Shown one piece after another: positions 55,781 through 64,000 of a stretch of 64,000 bases of DNA. The position numbers and the translations under genes were made by a program. Source of the DNA: Phoronis australis (taxonomy: Eukaryota; Animalia; Phoronida); the NCBI GenBank assembly GCA_002633005.1, contig NMRA01000089.1, positions 793,895 through 857,894 of the forward strand, written 5' to 3'. Each line of letters starts with the position of its first letter. Positions within the stretch are counted from its first letter, which is position 1. The notes under the pieces were generated by a model that searched no databases, was not told the origin of the DNA, and saw only the letters and a program-made list of their open reading frames with translations.

Positions 55781-58700
55781 AACAGAAAAAGAGTGGCTAT
55801 AAACGCCATCAACGGGCCCCCTCCACTGGCTGAGAGCTTAAATATTGAACTGATTTACAATTTCAAAAAATGGAAAAAAATAAGCGGAAAACTAATCCTG
55901 AATATTATAAAGCCAATTTAGATGAGTTATCCCTGGTTGAGAGAGCAAGAGACCTAATACTATTTTTATCTTTCAGACACCTAAACAGGGCGAAATGTAG
56001 CTTTAATAAAATTGAACAGAAAGGAAGACGGGGTTAATTAAAAAACAACAGATCATAACAGAAATGGCCAATTGATGTTCAATATGAAATCTCAAAAATT
56101 ATGTAAGTTTTCTAAATTATTATGTTGCGTTGTTGTTTTATTAATGGTCTGCAACTATATAGCTGTACTTATTCGTTGAAGGATCCGACGCGCAGCCGAG
56201 CCGCAAACTGCTCGGGAAATATGGCAGTCTCAATGAAGTTTGCCTATAAGCAGGCTTTCATTTAGGTACTACAGAGCGCGCTGCGCTCATACTTGAGTTC
56301 GTCGTGGTTCTCGATTTAAAAAATATTGACGTTCTTGGAATAATAATGTACCGAATTGACCTGTCTTTAATTATGGAGCTACTTCACACTCGTTTCTTTC
56401 TTGTTTATTTATTTAAAGTTGTTTGTCTCATTTCAAACTAAAAGGTGATAAGCGCACCTGTTGACATCATCGTGTTGATGAACAACTTGTGAGAATCGAA
56501 AGGAGATCCCTGCCAGCGACCAAATTATCAACAAATAAATCTGTTGAATGTCCTGTACAGACACGTTCATACTGTTCATTATCAACTTTATTGTATACAA
56601 AACTATTATTTTAGAATCTCAGAATAATTTTAAGACTTAAAATTTCGTTTTGAGTAATAAACATGTTTTAAAATATACATACATTCGCTTACTATCCACT
56701 GACCCGGATATAATTCGAAAGAAAGGTCAGTGTTTTTAAATGTGAGGTCATTGCTCGAGTCTTCAACGAAAACGTGTTCTGAAGGTAGAGTGTGCTAAAT
56801 CGATGTTGCAACTTTGCTTTTGTTACAAGAAGTGTTCGGTACGTCGTAATTTTTAGGAACGCCGATGGAGGATGATGTCTAAAAGGTAAAATGTGCTGGC
56901 ACTTGGCCTTGGTTAAGTCTTCGTAAGGTATAACGTCAAGACGGTTTGTGTTCACACTTACAGTCGTCTATATACTATATAGACACTGAGACAGACATAC
57001 AGCTGTCACAACTCAGCACGAACTGGTAGGCGATATAACAAATCACGCGATCTGCTGTTTGATAGACTATGACCATCGTCTGTGCTGGCGCAGCCAGTAG
57101 AGTAGAGACGATGGAGCTCCTATAGGAGCTTCATACGCCGGAAGCTTCTCGGCGAATTATGCCTTGCAGTGACTAAAACATCAAAGTTACTTGTCGACAA
57201 ACATCTTGGCTCATCGTTTGTTAGCTTCATTTTCGAGTTTGGAACAGTAATGGCACGAAGTGATCAGTGACGGATTTGGGGGGAGGGGGGGGGGGCAAGG
57301 AGGCCATGGCCCCCCTAAAATTCTCCCAAATTCTATTTGGTAGTTCGGGGGTAAGAATGTCTGACGGCAAAATCCTGGCTTATACTTTGCTGGACATCAT
57401 GTTCCATACATTTCCCTCTGCGAAGCAGATTCCGCACCCTGCAAAAATTAGAGCTGCATCTGATAAAGTTTGAAATTTGCGTAACCAGTTCAGCCCATGT
57501 CCTAAGGTAACAGAAATCAGTGAACTTAAACTAATCAAACAATGGAAAGGATTCACAGTGGGATTTATTCCTCTGTTTTTAAATCGATGAATGACTGGAG
57601 TAGTGAATTTCTGTCTAATGAATCTGAGTCGGAGTAAAGCGAAAGTTGCTTTTTGGCTCTCCTTATTCTAGAGAGCGCCAATATGATAATTCCGCAAAGT
57701 CGATAGTTTGTTGTTAAATGTATGCATCCTTGTGGAAAAGGAACAGTTAGAAGAGTCAGTGAAAACAGAAATTGGCCAATAGGTGATGCTTTTTTAAGGC
57801 CCGGAAAGCCGATGAATATGATCATTCCACAAAAATACCAGTAGAACGCTAATTTTCTAGCACGGGTGACTAAGTCAGTTTACTCAAGGAAGAGTGTAGT
57901 TTTTAATGTGATTATTTTCGTGTCAATCGGCCATTTTTTACCCACGTAGGATGTCTCAAGAACGAGAGTCAATGTGGTACTCACTACAATAGGCTCTGCC
58001 TCGTCAGTATATAAATGTTGGACTGCCTGCAATTTTATTTGCAAATGTCCCTGTCAATGACAATAACTCTTCACTTTTATATGCACCATGACTTTGATGA
58101 GCAATTTTACGATCATTTTCACAGACTGCTCTCCTGTGTACAGATATAGGGGCATTTCACCCCATTCAGCCATCTGAAAATAAAAATCGAATTAGGGGTT
58201 TTACTTTCATAATTAATATTGGTCTGATAATGAAAGTCCTACTTTGATAGGATTCGATTTCCATGACCAACTCCAGACTCGAGTGATGTGTGCATGCTCC
58301 ATTTTCGAAATTGCGATTTTATGGTTCGCCAACCCCAATAAACTCTGAAACATTTGTTTGAGTCGTTAAAGGTTCTGATGTTTGTTGCTTGTTACGGAAA
58401 TGGATTTCTATCATGACAAGGAGTATTCTGAGACTGATTTTATATGGGATTAAATTGCCTTACCCGGTATTCGATTTTCATTTTTTTATCCAGCTAAGCA
58501 GGGTGAAACGTAACTTGAAAACAACATGCGCATGGACTTGCCAAACTCACACTTAGAATTTTTCTCACTTGGTAGTTTGATTCCTGATCTTCTACAAAAG
58601 GTAGCGCTAGTCTACACCACTTAAACTACATGTTGCTCTGGTACAAGTATTGTGACAATTGTTATTGTATCTTACTGCTCAACTTTTGAGTTAATAGGCT

Positions 58701-61700
58701 TGTTGTTGTGTGTCATTGCTCAACTATTGAGTTAATAGGCCTGGTGTTTGTTCCCAGCTGTTACATTAAACACATCCAAGTGAAATGTCTGAAAATCTAT
58801 TAGCACTGTATTAACACTAGACAAACACTCTTGGTGTATTCTGTTGGCAGTTTTCTAAAGGTGTTGGAGATCACTAGGGGTCTGTATTGTGTCTCCTCAC
58901 AGCTGTGTTGTGTCTGGGAGGACTTGGTTTTTTAATTTAGGTAGGCTTCTCATTGGAGCTGATGTCTGAGAGGACATGCAAAATTCATTGAATTCTTTAA
59001 ATTTAAATACAGTGAATCTGTGGTTCCTCCCTGAGAAAAACTGGGTGAAGGGAATTTTTGATTGGTGTGTGTCTGAGATCTGATGTATTCTTTTCTCCTT
59101 AAGTTTGGATGTAGTCTATTCTTCCATCTTCATTATTTGATGCTTGCATGATTGTCTTTGGAAATTGAATGAACATGAAGATCTCTTTACAAAGGATTTC
59201 ACCTATCAATCATTTGAATAACAATTCTTTCATTGCATGGTGTAAGGCTGCTGTGATACCTACAAAATGGTGTGGATGCACAATAAAATTACCTGTGTTT
59301 GAAATATGGGTATGTTACCTTTAGAGCAGTGTCCAGTAGCAACTGAAAATACCCTCAGGCACTTAATATAATCTGGGTTAATGAGTTATGTAACTCTATA
59401 CAGCTTTATTATACTACATTAGGGGTCAACTTTGTGTTTGTGTTGCATTAGAAAATATACCACAAACCCAGGTGAGGCATTAAATATGAATGTATTTGAA
59501 ACCATTGAATATTGGAGCTTTTAGCCTTTATTTTGCTAATTAATTATGCCTCAGACATAACAAATGAGCTTGAACTTCAGTCCACATAATGATTGCATCT
59601 GATTGGTCTTTGAGTTTGTGAAAACACAATTAATCCGATTGGCTAGTTTTGAGGTTTTTTCTTCCTTCCTGTCTGGGTTTGTTAATTAGTTCTAATGCTG
59701 CTTTCAATGAACATGAACTGATATGCTTTAGTCTGTGGCTCAGCAGGGTTTACTCACAATGGTGCATTGTTGTTCTGTTGCTCTTAAGTAAACAAAACTC
59801 CAAGCATTGGAAGACCTATGGCAATTTTGATGATTCAGGGTTAGTTGGGGCTTTATCACAGCTGACTTGGTAAGAAAAGGTTTGTGGCTTGTGACATTCA
59901 TTTGAAATGGCTGTTGAAAATGTTTTATGGAAAATAACCAGTGTAGCATTTTATGTTGGTTTTATCTGATGTCTGAGGAATTGTGACTTGGGGACTAGAA
60001 ATGAAAAGGCTTCCAGGACAAACATGTGTCTAATCTCTGATTGGTTTATTTTTGTTCATCCAAAAGGTGTCACTTTAGCTTAAAGCAACTGTAAGCCTTA
60101 AGTGTTCTGTGGACGAAAATAACTTTTGATTTTGAGCACTTACTGGACTATAAAATTGGCCTCAGCCCTCAAGTGTTCTAATGCGAGAAGTGGTCTTGCA
60201 CTGCAAATGAAATGACGTGCCTTAACAAGTCAACTCGCAGAGCCTACGTAGAGTTTATTAGTTGTCTCGCGGCAAGAAAAATCCAGCCAAAATCACGTGT
60301 TCTAATTTGACATACACATCAATATCTTGCGTATTCTTGCGAAGTCTCACAAATACTAATGAGGTCCTAGAGAGGTCCTAGCGTTATTGAACTCTGGGAT
60401 CAAGCAATAACAAACTGCGAGTTCTTTCGTAGCCTGGAAGTCACATCTATTAATTAAGAAACAATTTCATAGTGGTAAGGTGTTTATAAGTCAAATGTTG
60501 TCTTTTTGTGACAGAGGGCGGGTTTGTTGCCATTTTAAATTGTTACCTGAATTACGATTTCCTCTTTAAGCATACTAGACAGTGGGTTTGACTTGTGAAT
60601 AGCGAATATGATACACTTTGTGGTTGAACCTGTTTAATTGAGATTAACACCACATAAATATCTACATTTATGTTAGGTGTATGATTTCTGACCTTTCCGG
60701 GCGCTTGTATGTTTCTCACACCAGGAATGACACAAGAGAAAAACAACAGAAGAATCTAAATAAATAACCTTCCATTAGACCACCTAGATTTATGGATCAC
60801 ATTTCACCAACATGTACCAGACTTCCATCCAATTTGTCTGGAATTCCCATGGTGTGTGTGTTTGAATGTGAGAAGAAGCTGACAGACAGTTAAGTCAGGT
60901 AAATTCTGAGGTAATGGTGACCATGTGTGCCTGCTTGGCACTCCCGGTGAGAATTTCTATGATTCATGGATTTTTATGAACTACACAGCTTTCGGGGGAT
61001 TTTACTATGAGTTGCAGAGTTTAGTGGTTCCCACAAAAGGTAGGAATTAAAGTTGTGTGAACTGAACATCTGTATAATAGTGAAGTTGACTGGGTAACCT
61101 AGATCTGTTAAGTATTTTTGGGTGTTGTACAAGTATTTTTGGGTGTTGTACAAATGAAGTTTAATTTTAAGTTAGTAGCAATGTAGTTAATTTACCCGTT
61201 AACGGAATTTGTTTGAACTTGATTTGTACGTGGGTATATGAGAATTTCACCGTAAGACTAACATGACAGGTTAAAGGCTTAGACTCGATACAATTATTTC
61301 CCAGAAAATGATTTCAGTGGTATTTATTCCACTGAGAAATGTGCATTATTAGTATTCTTGATAGGTTTGGTTTGGGAAAATTGCTAGTTAATTGCTTCTA
61401 TTTTGTTCGTTCAGTTTCGCTAATTTTATCTGGCGGCACCCACTTTTCAAGTATATCGGTAATTCATTCTCGGAAGAACTGGACAACCTGTCAATTTTTA
61501 GATAGGATGTGGGTAATTATCGAAGCATTTCACACCCTAAAGAGATGATTCCAGGCGGTTTCACCCCATCATTTGAAAGCTGTGAAGGGCTGCTGGTCTC
61601 AAAATGACATGCTTTCTTACTGCTGGGTACTCTGGTTTATGATTACATGTTAGGTTATGAGTAACAACATACTGCACTTGATAAAATAAAGTATTGCAGT

Positions 61701-63776
61701 GATTGCATTTTTTAATTTTTGATATTAGCTTTTTGCAGGCGATGACTCGAAAAAATAGGTATTATGAAACTGTAATTGTGTGTGGTTAATTAATGTCAAG
61801 AGTCAGAACTAGCCTGTTCCCTTTGTGGTTGATAGAAGTTGATGATTTTTAGAATGTTGTTAGGTGGTCCAACCACAATTTAGGAAGTAGTGCTTGTTTT
61901 ATCTCTAAAAAATGACCTGCATGTTTTTTTTGTGTACAGAGAGAGATGGATGGCCCATGGTCCTCCTAAAACTGCCTGTGCTAAGGAAGGCCTACGTGTT
62001 TCAATAGCTGTAATAGCTGGCTTGTTTTTCACTGGCTCACCTCCTTTGAAAGGAAAAGTCAAATACTGGACAAGCAAGAAAATTTCAGTGTTTCACTTAA
62101 ATTTTCTGTATTTTGTTACCTCAACTGGATGTCTCAAAATTTTTATGCTTTTAAGCTGCTGCTAAGTTTTTTAAGTGCAGTACAAAGTTTAAGTGATCGG
62201 ACAAAATACCGTTTCACTGTCATAACGGGTCATTCTAGAGTGCTATAGTAAAATCCCTCCAACATATGATAAAAATAATTGCCAAAGTCAACTTTTTCAT
62301 TTTTCAAAGACTCACAACATTATTGGTAAATGTGAATGTGAATGCCCACATTTTCACGCTGTCTGACGGTAGCTATGACAACGACATATAAGTGAAGACT
62401 TATATTTCTCTTTTAAGAAAAAATCATAAATTCACTTGTCTGCCATGTTGTATGCTAAATTAACAAGATTAATCACACTCTTGTTTGTGCATACACTTAG
62501 CCATCAGGATTGGGAATTATTTCCCTTGCACTCAGCCATTACAATGCAATTTCAGGTCGTTTTGTCTGATTATTTTTGACAAATCCTGTACAAGTTTTCG
62601 AATTCAAAAGTTGGTGTTTTTGACATACCGCTATATGGTCCTACATGGTGTTTTAAAGCGAACATCTTAACTGTTTTTCACTAATTGCAGATATTCAAAT
62701 TAGTTACCCTGGGGAGGGCTTTTGAGTCGCAACAGGTGTAGCCGTTTTCAAAACAAACTGTGCAACTTCAAATTTTGAATGACAAAGTTTCCTTGCACAA
62801 AACTGCGATTAAGTATATGCATTTCTTTTCTGTGACGGCAAAATCTTGACAGGTTTTGCTCCACACACTTTGTTGAAATCGCGAGAACTTCCTGTGCAAA
62901 GCCATTTACATATATAATCAGCAGCTAGGCTTAAGTAACATCACATTAAATCACTCTGACTAGATTTTGACAAAAATGTCATTTTTGTTATAAAAGTTCA
63001 AATTAACTGCCGAAAAATTCTTGCAAGGGTTTCATCGTAGTTTGACAGAACCTGTCTGAATTTTGTCGTGAGTCTGCCTTGTTTATTTTGAAAACTTTTG
63101 TTACAAATGCAGGGTATTCACAGGATGTCATGACCAAACAAACATTCCACAGGTCTTCCAAATCTCTCATAGCAAAGTTAACTGGAGCAGTTTTACCTAC
63201 AGATACAGGCATCGTGACTGAGAAAGGGAATTTTTCTGAAATGAGCGACAACGCTAAATTAAACCCCATAGCTCTGCAATTGCATCTTAATAATCTGCCG
63301 CTACACCAAATCCCACGCACTAAACTGTAAAGTATTTCAAGCGTATTTAAGTTGTAAACACACCTTGATTTCAATGAACGTCTATTGGACAATAACAAGA
63401 ATTGGTGATTTCTAATAAAATCACAAAACAACGGATTTTGTTGTTTGTAGGTATTGCCAAAGCTAATTTCTTCAAGTATCCCATCCTACAGTAGTCTTAA
63501 AAATGCATAACTGTATGAAACCGAATAGTGTCCCTTTAATTCGCCACTCTGTGATGAATAGTTGACATAGACAAGTGTTGTAATACGATAATGTGATTGA
63601 CTTTTTACTCAGTATCGCAGCTAAACTAGTGTACCAAAAGCCAGTCACATAAGTGCTATACTCTTTATGTCCAATCAATTTTGCATAGGCTGCCTGCTGA
63701 TTGCAGGTGTGATATTTCATAGTGTTTCCTTGAAACTTGATCTTCCACATGGATAATCCTAACATTCCTGTTGGCA

Positions 63777-63937
63777 TTAGTGCTGCTCAATGGCTCTCCA
63801 GTTGTTAGATCCAGTCAAAACATATGGTTGAACTTTTCTTTTGAATTTGTATGCTAAACAGTCTTCCTCCAGGCAAACAGCATTCACCTGGTCAGAAGTC
63901 ACTCCTGTCATGGAGGGGACAAGCTTTGAAATGTTAC
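63777..63937 (-). CDS. Probable terminal coding exon of an unidentified gene extending beyond the window
   Basis: Strong acceptor tttgttgttttag|. The only long open frame after it (phase 1) reads NISKLVPSMTGVTSDQVNAVCLEEDCLAYKFKRKVQPYVLTGSNNWRAIEQH*; the other two frames stop within 10 codons. Confidence 0.5.
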
Positions 63938-64000
63938 CTAAAACAACAAACAGGTCACAATTCAGTATGGTAGATTGCCTGTGATTTCCTATCTTGGTAT

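Noticed and set aside
58676-61152. Short tandem duplications (41 bp at ~58676, 21-22 bp at ~61110; also 16 bp at ~26488)
   Set aside because: These are two-copy slippage products with no sign of function.

Overview
This is intron-rich, AT-rich genomic DNA from an animal, most likely an invertebrate. It is not prokaryotic, and I found no rRNA, tRNA or CRISPR array. Manual splicing with GT-AG boundaries and phase checks gives four coding units. (1) The last coding exon of cobalamin-dependent methionine synthase (MTR, +, 42-125). (2) A complete steryl-sulfatase/ARSD-E-F-H-type sulfatase with 5 coding exons (-, 9416-3015, 562 aa). (3) An uncharacterised type I membrane protein with 20 coding exons and about 1547 aa (+, 23238-49989). 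It has a signal peptide, seven tandem bacterial-type lamin-tail-like (LTD) repeats, a SEA-like juxtamembrane module, one TM helix and a short tail with an FxNPxY/YxxL endocytosis signal. (4) A probable terminal exon of an unidentified minus-strand gene at the right edge. Genes 2 and 3 appear to share a bidirectional promoter of about 100 bp at ~10.85-10.94 kb. Introns and intergenic DNA contain many non-autonomous transposons: Harbinger derivatives, pogo/mariner-like elements (one with a decayed HIRAN-like ORF), Helitron/Helentron-type arrays, small MITEs and a LINE 3' fragment. The most novel-looking item is the LTD-repeat receptor. All family assignments come from motif recognition by eye; no database search was run.
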